Source: Promethearchaeota archaeon | Lineage (GTDB): Archaea; Asgardarchaeota; Lokiarchaeia; Sigyniarchaeales; SOKP01 | Direction: 5' to 3' | Length of the DNA stretch: 23,079 bases | NCBI GenBank assembly: GCA_016839705.1 | Contig: JAEOTR010000034.1 | Location: 1-23,079, forward strand | In this document: positions 9,474 through 17,479 of the stretch, in pieces | How positions within the stretch are numbered: position 1 is the first letter of the stretch | Layout of the letters: every line of letters begins with the position of its first letter | Position numbers and translations under genes: made by a program | The notes under the pieces: model-generated | Database searches by the model: none | Told to the model about the DNA's origin: nothing | What the model saw: only the letters and a program-made list of their open reading frames with translations

Positions 9474-10067
9474 ATGGCAAGAGGACCAAGATACAGAAGA
9501 CCATTTCGAAGACGTTTTGATGGTAAAACGGATTACCATAAGAGATTAAAACTACTCAAGTCAAGAAAACTGAGAATAGTGATTCGAACTTCAAACAATC
9601 ATGTGAGTGTTCAAATAATCCAGTCTAAGTTAGGGGGTGATGAAGTTCTAATCTCTGCCTTTTCAAAGGAACTAATTTCAAAATATGGATGGGCTGCAAA
9701 TACAGGAAATATTCCTGCATCTTATTTAACTGGTTATTTAGCAGGATTAAGAGCAAAAAAAAACGATATTCAAGAAGCAATTTTTGATCTTGGAATGCTT
9801 TATAATAGAAATCGGGTGCTTGCAGCTTGCAAAGGTGTTATAGATGCAGGCATTAACATTCCTTATAATGAGGAATTCTTCCCAGATAACATTGAAGAAA
9901 GAATAAAGGGCACACATATAGAAAGCTATGCAAAAAAATTAAAATCAGAGGATTCGGAAAAATATGAACAAATTTTTTCAGGATATCTGAAGACTAAAAA
10001 TGTTAATCCTCTGAAAATTAGTCAAATTTTTTCCGATTCAAAAAAAAAAATAGAAAATAATGCTTAA
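9474..10067 (+). CDS. rplR: 50S ribosomal protein uL18
   Basis: FRRRFDGKTDYHKR, NIPASYLTG, KGVIDAG. Confidence 0.97.
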   Translation: MARGPRYRRPFRRRFDGKTDYHKRLKLLKSRKLRIVIRTSNNHVSVQIIQSKLGGDEVLISAFSKELISKYGWAANTGNIPASYLTGYLAGLRAKKNDIQEAIFDLGMLYNRNRVLAACKGVIDAGINIPYNEEFFPDNIEERIKGTHIESYAKKLKSEDSEKYEQIFSGYLKTKNVNPLKISQIFSDSKKKIENNA

Positions 10068-10082
10068 AATAGGGATTAAATT

Positions 10083-10697
10083 ATGAGTCGTTTAAGAGAT
10101 ATCGAAGAAGTATGGATTCCTAAAACTAAACTAGGAGAACTAGTTCAACAAGGGCTTATAACCTTGGATAAAATATTTCAAAATAATTTAGTGGTCAAGG
10201 AGAAAGAAATAATTGGCATCCTTTTACCACAATTAAAGGAGAGTGTCACTACGATTAAGATGGTACAGCAAATGACTGCAAGTGGACAGCGTAGTAAATT
10301 TAAAGCGGTTGTTCTTGTTGGTACTGACGGATTCATAGGTACAGGGTCGGCTAAGAGCCGAGAGGTCGGACCAGCTATTAGAAAAGCAATCGACAAGGCA
10401 AAACTCTCTGTAGTTCCCGTTTTAAGGGGATGTGGAAGCAAGGAATGCGGTTGTGGAGGGACTCACAGTATCCCATTTAAAGTGCAAGGTAAATGTGGTT
10501 CTGTTAGAATTAGACTTATACCTGCTCCTGCTGGTGTAGGGCTGGCTTGTGCTGATAAAGTAAAAGATGTGTTGAGATTATGCGGAATTGAAGATATCTG
10601 GAGTAAGACCTTTGGTGATACAAGAACAAGTGAAAATCTTGTAAAGGCAACCTTTGATGCTTTGAAAAATGCGCATAAATTTAATTTTAATATATAA
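10083..10697 (+). CDS. rpsE: 30S ribosomal protein uS5
   Basis: WIPKTKLG, GCGSKECGCGGTHS, PAPAGVGL, TFGDTRT. Confidence 0.97.
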   Translation: MSRLRDIEEVWIPKTKLGELVQQGLITLDKIFQNNLVVKEKEIIGILLPQLKESVTTIKMVQQMTASGQRSKFKAVVLVGTDGFIGTGSAKSREVGPAIRKAIDKAKLSVVPVLRGCGSKECGCGGTHSIPFKVQGKCGSVRIRLIPAPAGVGLACADKVKDVLRLCGIEDIWSKTFGDTRTSENLVKATFDALKNAHKFNFNI

Positions 10698-10716
10698 GAA
10701 ACTGAGCTGTGTAAAT

Positions 10717-11241
10717 ATGACAATGGTAGAAAAGAATATCAAGTCAAAAGATACTGAATATATACCTAAGCTTTACTTCGCAATTCGTTTAAGAGGAGCA
10801 CCAGGTATGAGACGTAAGATTCTTGATACTCTTAAAATGCTGAGAATGCATAAAATAAATCATGGGGTACTTATTTGGGGTACTAAGAGCTATAAAGGAA
10901 TGCTTATGAAATGTAAAGATTATATAGCTTATGGAGAAATTGATGATAAAACATTAGTAAGGTTATTAAGAGTAAGAGGAAAAATCGAAGGAAATATATC
11001 ACTTACAGAGGAGCATTTAAAGAATTTAACAGAATATAAAACTTTTAAGGTGCTTTCAAAAGCATTATTGAGTGGAGAAATTCAATATCGAGAAAAAGAT
11101 TTGTATAAAATTAAACCAGTATTCCGCCTGCATCCTCCCAGAAAAGGACATAGAGGCTCGATAAAAAAACATTTTACTGAGGGAGGAATTCTTGGGTATG
11201 TTGGTGTGTATATCAATCAGATAATTCATAAAATGCTATAA
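10717..11241 (+). CDS. rpmD: 50S ribosomal protein uL30 (long archaeal form)
   Basis: AIRLRG, KDYIAYGE, KPVFRLHPPRKG; ATG 10717 (or 10723) avoids overlap with uS5. Confidence 0.95.
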   Translation: MTMVEKNIKSKDTEYIPKLYFAIRLRGAPGMRRKILDTLKMLRMHKINHGVLIWGTKSYKGMLMKCKDYIAYGEIDDKTLVRLLRVRGKIEGNISLTEEHLKNLTEYKTFKVLSKALLSGEIQYREKDLYKIKPVFRLHPPRKGHRGSIKKHFTEGGILGYVGVYINQIIHKML

Positions 11242-11261
11242 CTAAAAGGTGAAGGGAATTA

Positions 11262-11741
11262 ATGAGAAACTATGCTAGAAAAGTACGAAAGATGAGAGGC
11301 AGAAGAACCCATGGATATGGAAAAGTAGGTCAGCATAGGAAAACAGGACAACGTGCTGGGAGAGGAAAAACTACTCAATGGAAAAAGAGTAAGAAAAGTT
11401 ATTATTTAAAACAAAAGGAGCTAGGTTTTCCTGATCCAGATTGGGATCTCGGGAAGAAAGGTTTTAAGAGACCTCAAGATATCAACCGAATATATCAAGT
11501 AAATAGCTTGAATGTAAAAGATTTAGATTTAAATATTGATAGTCTAGTTATGGATAAAAAAGCCACAAAATCTGGAAACTCCTACAACATCAATTTGAAT
11601 GAAATTAACATTCAGAAATTATTAGGAAAGGGAGAAATTAATAAAGTGATTAATATCTCTGTGAAAAAAGCCTCGAAAAGAGCTGTCGAGAAAATAGAGG
11701 CGGCTGGTGGAAAATTAACCTTAACATCAGAGATGAAATAA
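11262..11741 (+). CDS. rplO: 50S ribosomal protein uL15
   Basis: RGRRTHGYG, GKKGF, KLLGKG, ASKRAVEKIEAAGG. Confidence 0.96.
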   Translation: MRNYARKVRKMRGRRTHGYGKVGQHRKTGQRAGRGKTTQWKKSKKSYYLKQKELGFPDPDWDLGKKGFKRPQDINRIYQVNSLNVKDLDLNIDSLVMDKKATKSGNSYNINLNEINIQKLLGKGEINKVINISVKKASKRAVEKIEAAGGKLTLTSEMK

Positions 11742-11807
11742 GGTAAATAAAAATACAACTCTTTCTATCTATTAATTATTGTTTCAATTTTTTAAAGAAG
11801 ATAAAAG

Positions 11808-11954
11808 ATGGAAGCTGACTTAGGTAAAGATCTTAATGAATATGAAATAGATGAAGAACATAAAGATCAAAGAAAAAGAAATAAATGGCTAATAGTTTGT
11901 TTAGTAATCATTATTGTAATGATACTCCCTTTTTTTCAAAGTTTTTTTCAATAA
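11808..11954 (+). CDS. 48-aa putative tail-anchored membrane protein (below the ORF-track size cut-off)
   Basis: MEADLGKDLNEYEIDEEHKDQRKRNKWLIVCLVIIIVMILPFFQSFFQ*: acidic N-terminus, basic patch, single C-terminal TM. Confidence 0.6.
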   Translation: MEADLGKDLNEYEIDEEHKDQRKRNKWLIVCLVIIIVMILPFFQSFFQ

Positions 11955-12598
11955 AGCATTTTGTATACTAACTGGATCAATCCTGGTAATATAAAAATAA
12001 ATCCTAATGCATTGCCTATTATATGAATAGTGGTAAAGGGGATACCTGTAAGAAGATAAGGTAAAAATTCATCTAATGTCCCGAAAAAGATGAGAACATC
12101 TATTAACGATGAGAAAAGTTGATAGGAAAGCGTCATTAATCCCCCAATTATTCCAAAAATAACCATTATCTGAACCTTATAAAGATCTTTTTCTGGTGTA
12201 AAGTACCTCTTATTCTTTAGTAGCTGGTTAGCTATTGCTCCTAATAATCCTATTAATGTGTAGTATAACAGTTGAAAAGTTAAAAGGGGCAAAGGAGAAG
12301 CACCATATGGATTAAAAAAACAAAAAATAAAAGAACTTGAGATCCCAACAATCATCCCATCTCTTTTACCTAATATAAAACCTGATAAAAACATAGTAAG
12401 AGTAAATAACTCAATATTAGGAATATATGCTAACATATAGCCTAAAACTATACCCAAGGCTGTGAAAGTGCTAACTAAAGCAATTCGAAATGATCTTTTT
12501 TCTAACCACACTGAATTATTTACTATATCCGATTCCATTTTTGTTGAATCATATGACTCCTTTTCAATATTAACAGAATCAGGTTCTAAAATTTTCAC
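11948..12598 (-). CDS. ECF transporter substrate-binding (S) component, CbrT-like
   Basis: About 5-6 TM helices; IALVSTFTALGIV, IPNIELFT-x5-SG, GMIVG, and the late GIPF..IHIIGN motif typical of S components. Confidence 0.75.
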   Translation of the reverse strand: MKILEPDSVNIEKESYDSTKMESDIVNNSVWLEKRSFRIALVSTFTALGIVLGYMLAYIPNIELFTLTMFLSGFILGKRDGMIVGISSSFIFCFFNPYGASPLPLLTFQLLYYTLIGLLGAIANQLLKNKRYFTPEKDLYKVQIMVIFGIIGGLMTLSYQLFSSLIDVLIFFGTLDEFLPYLLTGIPFTTIHIIGNALGFIFILPGLIQLVYKMLY

Positions 12599-12728
12599 AA
12601 AATTTCTCTCGATAAAATATAACTTTTTAGCTTAAGGATATTAATATTTCAATTTTTAAAAATATATAGGTGATGTTTCCTATATTTCATGACAAAAATG
12701 TAAGTTTCTACTGTAATTACAAAAAAAA

Positions 12729-13160
12729 TTATTGGAAAGATCGAAAAGAATCATCTACTTTAAAATATTTCCTTAAGCTTAAAATATCTGCTTCTACAGA
12801 TTTGGGTAAATTATTATAAACTTCCTTTGGATAATTCTTTAGAGAAAATTCTGCTAGCTGAAAAAGAATTCGATTAAGATTTTTTCCTGTTCTTGTTAAA
12901 GTATATTCAATCTTTACAGGAGTAGTTGAAACCACGCTTTTTTTTATTAATCCTGATTCTTTTAATTCTTTTAATCTCAACGAAAGCATCTTAGTACTTA
13001 TTTGAGGATTTGTTTTTATAAAATCTGAAAATCTTCTTTTTCCACGAAAAATGTCTCTGATTATTTGCAGAGTCCATTTCTTTCCCAAAATAGTAAGTGC
13101 CACTTCAATGGGGCAACTTTTCATATTATCTATATCTTCAAATACTTCCAAATTTTTCAC
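12729..13160 (-). CDS. HxlR-family winged-helix transcriptional regulator
   Basis: CPIEVALTILGKKWTLQI, RFSDF, ISTKMLSLRLKEL, PVKIEYTLT. Confidence 0.92.
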   Translation of the reverse strand: MKNLEVFEDIDNMKSCPIEVALTILGKKWTLQIIRDIFRGKRRFSDFIKTNPQISTKMLSLRLKELKESGLIKKSVVSTTPVKIEYTLTRTGKNLNRILFQLAEFSLKNYPKEVYNNLPKSVEADILSLRKYFKVDDSFRSFQ

Positions 13161-13273
13161 AAAATTACTAATTAGTTACTTATTAGTTTAAATAGTTTAA
13201 AAGTTTGTTACTTTATAATACTTTATAACATTTAGTAATAAAGGTAATAAAATACTAAAAAAGACAACTAAAA
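13161..13273. promoter_or_regulatory. Divergent promoter region between hxlR-like and SRPBCC genes
   Basis: Palindrome ACTAATTAGT at 13167-13176; tandem TACTTTATAA x2 at 13209-13228 (TATA-like). Confidence 0.45.
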
Positions 13274-13738
13274 ATGGAGAATATTATTCAGTTGAAAGAA
13301 GAAGTAGAATGTAATATAAATACTGCTTTTGATATGTTTACACAAAATAGGTTATTAGAGAGTTGGTTAACAACAAAGGCTGAAGTTGAACCAAAAGTCG
13401 GGGGAAAATTTGAACTATTCTGGGTACCTGAAAATCGAGAACATGATAGTACAATTGGCTGTAAAATTACAGGGATAGAGAAGAATGTTCATTTATCATT
13501 TTCATGGAAAGGGCCACAGCAGTATGAGTCCTTCATGAATTTTGCGGATCCTCTTACACATGTAATCGCATTTTTTACTCGAGAGATTAAAACCCCAAAT
13601 AAAACAACTATTCATTTATTCCACACAGGCTGGGGAAATACTCCAGATTGGCAGGAAGCTCGTGATTGGTTTGAAAAAGCATGGGTAAATGCATTTAAAG
13701 TATTAAAAGAAAAAATCACGAGTAAAGAGATTCCTTAG
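13274..13738 (+). CDS. SRPBCC / AHSA1-like ligand-binding domain protein
   Basis: AFDMFT...LESW, EPKVGGKFEL, LSFSW, TTIHLFHTGW, and a terminal helix with W. Confidence 0.88.
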   Translation: MENIIQLKEEVECNINTAFDMFTQNRLLESWLTTKAEVEPKVGGKFELFWVPENREHDSTIGCKITGIEKNVHLSFSWKGPQQYESFMNFADPLTHVIAFFTREIKTPNKTTIHLFHTGWGNTPDWQEARDWFEKAWVNAFKVLKEKITSKEIP

Positions 13739-13985
13739 AGAAATAGTTAAAAATAGAAAAAAATTTGTTACGTATCTTATAACTGCCAATTTGAAAAAGT
13801 AAACTTGTTCCTGGTGAAATAAGCGTGAATAATTTTGAGCCCCACAACGCAATACTGAAGACTATTAAACCAATAAGTGGTGCCTCTAATCTAAGAACAA
13901 GCTTATGCTCCAAACTCTCCTTTATTTCATCAATAACCCGTTCTTTTCCAAATTTTTCTTTTATCTCATTAGATGACAGATCTAG
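13716..13985 (-). pseudogene. Possible gene remnant or non-canonical-start small membrane ORF
   Basis: Strong AAGGAGG SD at 13999-13993 followed by CTA GAT CTG in frame with the 65-aa track ORF; charged N-terminus then one hydrophobic segment; tail overlaps the SRPBCC end. Confidence 0.3.
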
Positions 13986-14112
13986 TTTTTTCCCTCCTTA
14001 ATTTTAAATTATTTGTTGTTTTTAAACTTTAAATAATTATTCAAACAGATGTAAATATTACTATTTTTCCGTTATTGTGTAAATATAGTTCTCTATTGAA
14101 TTTTATAATCTT

Positions 14113-14124
14113 AAAAAAAAAAAA
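14113..14124 (-). terminator. Oligo-T archaeal terminator after the hisJ-like gene
   Basis: T12 on the minus strand about 30 nt past the stop at 14155. Confidence 0.5.
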
Positions 14125-14154
14125 TTTCAAAAAACAGAAATAAGGCTTAAAATC

Positions 14155-15027
14155 TTAGATTTTTACTAAAGTCTGTTCACGGTTTTCATATCTACAAACA
14201 TGAGATAAACCCCATTTCTTTGCTTTCTCCAGAAACTCTTCAAACATATATCCAATATTTTGTGGTCTGTGGGCATCAGAACCTAACACCAAGGGAATAT
14301 CTCTTTGAATAATTTCTTTTACTATTTCATCACTTGGGAACTGACTACCGATTTCTTTAAGAACTCCTGAGGTATTAATCTCAATTGCCATTCCTTTATC
14401 TTTAATCGTATCTAATAGATCTAAAAGTTTTTGCCATGAATTTGGGGAATAATGGGGGGTATTTGGGCGAAATAAAACACGATAATTATCAAAATGGGCA
14501 ATTACATCGAAGTAGTTTGTTTCTACTAACTTTTCTATTTTTTTTATATATTCTATGGTTATTTTTTCGAAACCATATTTTTTCAGAGCTTCAGAACCCT
14601 CACGCGGATCTATTACAATAATAGGGGATTCATGCCATTTTATATCATGAATTGCACCAAGTAAATAATCAACATCATCCATAAATGGTTCAAGAATTTT
14701 TTTTTGATTAGTTAATGCTCTTCCTGGAGTGGCAAAATTTAGTTCAGTAGATAATCGGATCCGTATTTTATTCTTACATTTCTCTTTCAATCTTTTTATC
14801 TCTTTAATATAATTAGGGAACTCCTTTACTTCCATAGAGGCTCTTTTGATTATTTCGGTAAATTGTGGATCGTCTATTATAGCACCTAATGGAAAATGAT
14901 CTGAGATTCCAATTTCGCTAAAATTCTTTTTGATTGCTAGTTTTACGTAATCTTCAATCTCACCTAATGCATGTCCGCAACGTCTGTTGTGTGTGTGATA
15001 ATCCATTAGTTTCATTTTCTGAACCAT
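14155..15027 (-). CDS. PHP-family histidinol-phosphatase (HisJ-like)
   Basis: DYHTHNRRCGHA, GISDHFP, GAIH, IAHFD, EINTSG, GSDAHRP. Confidence 0.85.
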   Translation of the reverse strand: MVQKMKLMDYHTHNRRCGHALGEIEDYVKLAIKKNFSEIGISDHFPLGAIIDDPQFTEIIKRASMEVKEFPNYIKEIKRLKEKCKNKIRIRLSTELNFATPGRALTNQKKILEPFMDDVDYLLGAIHDIKWHESPIIVIDPREGSEALKKYGFEKITIEYIKKIEKLVETNYFDVIAHFDNYRVLFRPNTPHYSPNSWQKLLDLLDTIKDKGMAIEINTSGVLKEIGSQFPSDEIVKEIIQRDIPLVLGSDAHRPQNIGYMFEEFLEKAKKWGLSHVCRYENREQTLVKI

Positions 15028-15183
15028 TTATATAATTTTCCAGTTATAGATATAAATATTAAATATATTAGAAAAAATTATTGTATTTACCATTTGGAAT
15101 CAATCGAAACCTTAATATGTTGAAAAGAATTTATTTGAGTATTACAATTTATTAGGATAAGTTTCCTTACAAATCTGTCAAAA

Positions 15184-16968
15184 ATGAAAAACACAAAAAA
15201 AATATTTTCAATTATTGGATTGTTAATTTTTCTGCAATTACTCTTCCAGAGTTCTATTCCATCTGTGAAAGCAAATAGTAGCATATCTACCCCATATTAC
15301 CAAGATCTAGATATAAACGGTACATACGTATATAATGTAACTCAGTTTGGTACTGCTTCAGAATGGTGGAATTTCACTTCTTTTGAAGGCAACTGGGAAT
15401 CAAATCCAGGAGGACAAATATCAATTAATTTTACTGGTTTTCATGATAAAGATCCCAATGATTGGGGAAATCTATTTGGAGACCCGATTCCGTGGTTGGA
15501 TATTGAGATCCTTAAAAACAATAGTGGAATATTAACTACCAATTTTACCTTGAATAACAGATCTAACAGCGAAGTTGCAAGAGCGCTTGCTCTCGGTTTT
15601 AACTACTTCCAATCGGGGTTTTTAATACCAGTGCAAAATTTAACTCAAATAAAGAATTCAGCACTTAATCAATCAGATCCAGGGGGATTATTTGATGTTG
15701 TAGGTGAAGTAAAAGTAGAGGAAACGTATAATTTCTTCTATATTGGGTTTGAACAAATTGAAGGTGGACAAAAAACTTATATGATTTATGATAGAGAAAC
15801 TGGTATACTTATATGGGCAAAAACCACGATATTTGGATATCTACTTGAAATTCAATCTTTAAATTTTACCGTAGATTATGATTCCAGTATAAAATATGAA
15901 GTTGCTAAATTTGGGGGAGATATTGGTTGGTTCAATTTCACTCCTTGGCCCGAAAATTCATTTGAGGGTCAATGGAAAACTACTGCGAAAGGACAAATAA
16001 TTGTTAACTTTACAGGATTTTATGATAAAGATCCTAACGATTGGGGTAATGTATTCGAAAATCCAATTGCTTGGTTTGACATTGAAATAATTGAAAACAA
16101 TTCCGGTATTTTGAATACCAATTTCACATTAAGTAATAGATCAAATAGTGAAATAGCATGGGCTCTCACTCTTGGATATAACAACTTCCAACCGGGAATT
16201 CACATAAATAGCATCAATAATCTAACCTGGGTAAAAAAGGTTGCTTTGCAGGAAGCTAGTGGTTTTGTCTCAGGAATAGCTAAAATTGAAGAAACCGATT
16301 TAACATTAAAAATTTCTTTCGAACAATTAGGTGATGGGCAAACAACTTCACTTTTATATGAAAAAATAACGGGAATATTATTATGGACCAATACTTCATT
16401 TAGTAGTTTTTTGCTTGAAATGGTTATTGAGGGTTACACACCATGGGAAAGCGAAGAAGAAGGACCCTTTCAACCACCTAACTATTTCCTAATTTTTCTA
16501 CCATATATAGTCGTCACATCGATTAGTGTAGTTTCAATAGTTTCAATTCTTGCAGCATCAAAAGTTAACATTAAAATTAGGAAATTGAATAAATATTTCT
16601 TAATAGGAATAATAGCTACAGCTAGTTTTGCTTCATTTTTTATATATGCTACTAGCTTAGAGGTCGGAGAAGTTAATAGACCGCAGGAGACAGTCACCGA
16701 TCTAACGCTAATTGTAGATTATGGTAACGGGACAGTAAAAACACAAGATGATTTCGATTTAACCAATTATAATACAACAGCTTTTAACGCTTTAATTAAA
16801 TGGTGTGATGTAGAATATAATGAATTTGGTGAAATGGGTATCCTTGTTGAAAACATAGATGGAATTCAGGGAAATTGGCGTTATTCTATAAATGGGGATT
16901 TTCCAGGAGTATCTTCAAATAAGTATAACTTAAATAACGGAGATACTATCAAATGGGTTTATGGGTAG
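15184..16968 (+). CDS. Surface protein: signal peptide, two ~185-aa repeats, 2 TM helices, C-terminal DUF4430 (transcobalamin-like) domain
   Basis: N-terminal K-rich/hydrophobic/VKA signal; C-terminal LIVDYGNG...TAFNAL...GILVENIDG...WRYSING..PGVSSNKY.LNNGDTIKWVY. Confidence 0.8.
   Translation: MKNTKKIFSIIGLLIFLQLLFQSSIPSVKANSSISTPYYQDLDINGTYVYNVTQFGTASEWWNFTSFEGNWESNPGGQISINFTGFHDKDPNDWGNLFGDPIPWLDIEILKNNSGILTTNFTLNNRSNSEVARALALGFNYFQSGFLIPVQNLTQIKNSALNQSDPGGLFDVVGEVKVEETYNFFYIGFEQIEGGQKTYMIYDRETGILIWAKTTIFGYLLEIQSLNFTVDYDSSIKYEVAKFGGDIGWFNFTPWPENSFEGQWKTTAKGQIIVNFTGFYDKDPNDWGNVFENPIAWFDIEIIENNSGILNTNFTLSNRSNSEIAWALTLGYNNFQPGIHINSINNLTWVKKVALQEASGFVSGIAKIEETDLTLKISFEQLGDGQTTSLLYEKITGILLWTNTSFSSFLLEMVIEGYTPWESEEEGPFQPPNYFLIFLPYIVVTSISVVSIVSILAASKVNIKIRKLNKYFLIGIIATASFASFFIYATSLEVGEVNRPQETVTDLTLIVDYGNGTVKTQDDFDLTNYNTTAFNALIKWCDVEYNEFGEMGILVENIDGIQGNWRYSINGDFPGVSSNKYNLNNGDTIKWVYG
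15325..16437 (+). repeat. Internal tandem domain duplication
   Basis: NFTGFHDKDPNDWGN / NFTGFYDKDPNDWGN; NNSGILTTNFTLNNRSNSE / NNSGILNTNFTLSNRSNSE; YDRETGIL / YEKITGIL; repeat 2 starts near 15889. Confidence 0.9.
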
Positions 16969-16979
16969 AATTTAAGTAA

Positions 16980-17000
16980 TTTTTTTCTTTTTAACTTTTT
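16980..17000 (+). terminator. T-rich terminator after the DUF4430 gene
   Basis: Run of T-tracts immediately after the stop at 16968, between convergent genes. Confidence 0.45.
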
Positions 17001-17004
17001 CAGT

Positions 17005-17475
17005 TTAATAATTAACATTTTTTGTATGGATTTGTTTTAACACAGATTCCATTTCTCTGAAAGCTTTTCGTATTTTATGGAAATAATAGCCAAGTTTATA
17101 ACCTTTTTTACATCTTGTAAAAAGCATAAAATCATTGTCAGCATCTCCAACTAGAATAATTGTATACCCTGAAGTTCCCTTTATTACAACATCTTTCAGC
17201 TCACCTTGTTTTAAGCCTTGACTGATTTTCTCCCCGAGAGAGATCAACGTTGCGGGGCTTGCACTATATATATCCCACTCAACTTCGGTTGCTTCTGAAC
17301 TGGCAATTCTTATTCCTTGTTTTGAAACAATAGCAGTTCCTTCTAAATCAGTGGAACTCTCTAATACCTCCAATGTTCTCATTAATTCATCTAAGATTTG
17401 TTGACTGATCTCAATTTCAGCGTCTTTAGCTTTTTCTATTTTTAACACCTCTAATATATTTATAATGATTTTCAA
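17005..17475 (-). CDS. Roadblock/LC7 (MglB-like) domain protein; true start probably downstream (GTG 17448 or ATA 17439)
   Basis: LEGTAIVSKQGIRIAS, ATLISLGEKISQGLKQGELKDVVIKGTSGYTIIL, KLG: typical Roadblock pattern. Confidence 0.88.
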   Translation of the reverse strand: MKIIINILEVLKIEKAKDAEIEISQQILDELMRTLEVLESSTDLEGTAIVSKQGIRIASSEATEVEWDIYSASPATLISLGEKISQGLKQGELKDVVIKGTSGYTIILVGDADNDFMLFTRCKKGYKLGYYFHKIRKAFREMESVLKQIHTKNVNY

Positions 17476-17479
17476 GAAT

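Noticed and set aside
666-10723. Minus-strand ORFs in the track (e.g. 666-908, 4618-4920, 5175-5408, 8358-8783, 10178-10441, 10463-10723)
   Set aside because: They are antisense shadows of well-conserved genes and have no motifs of their own.
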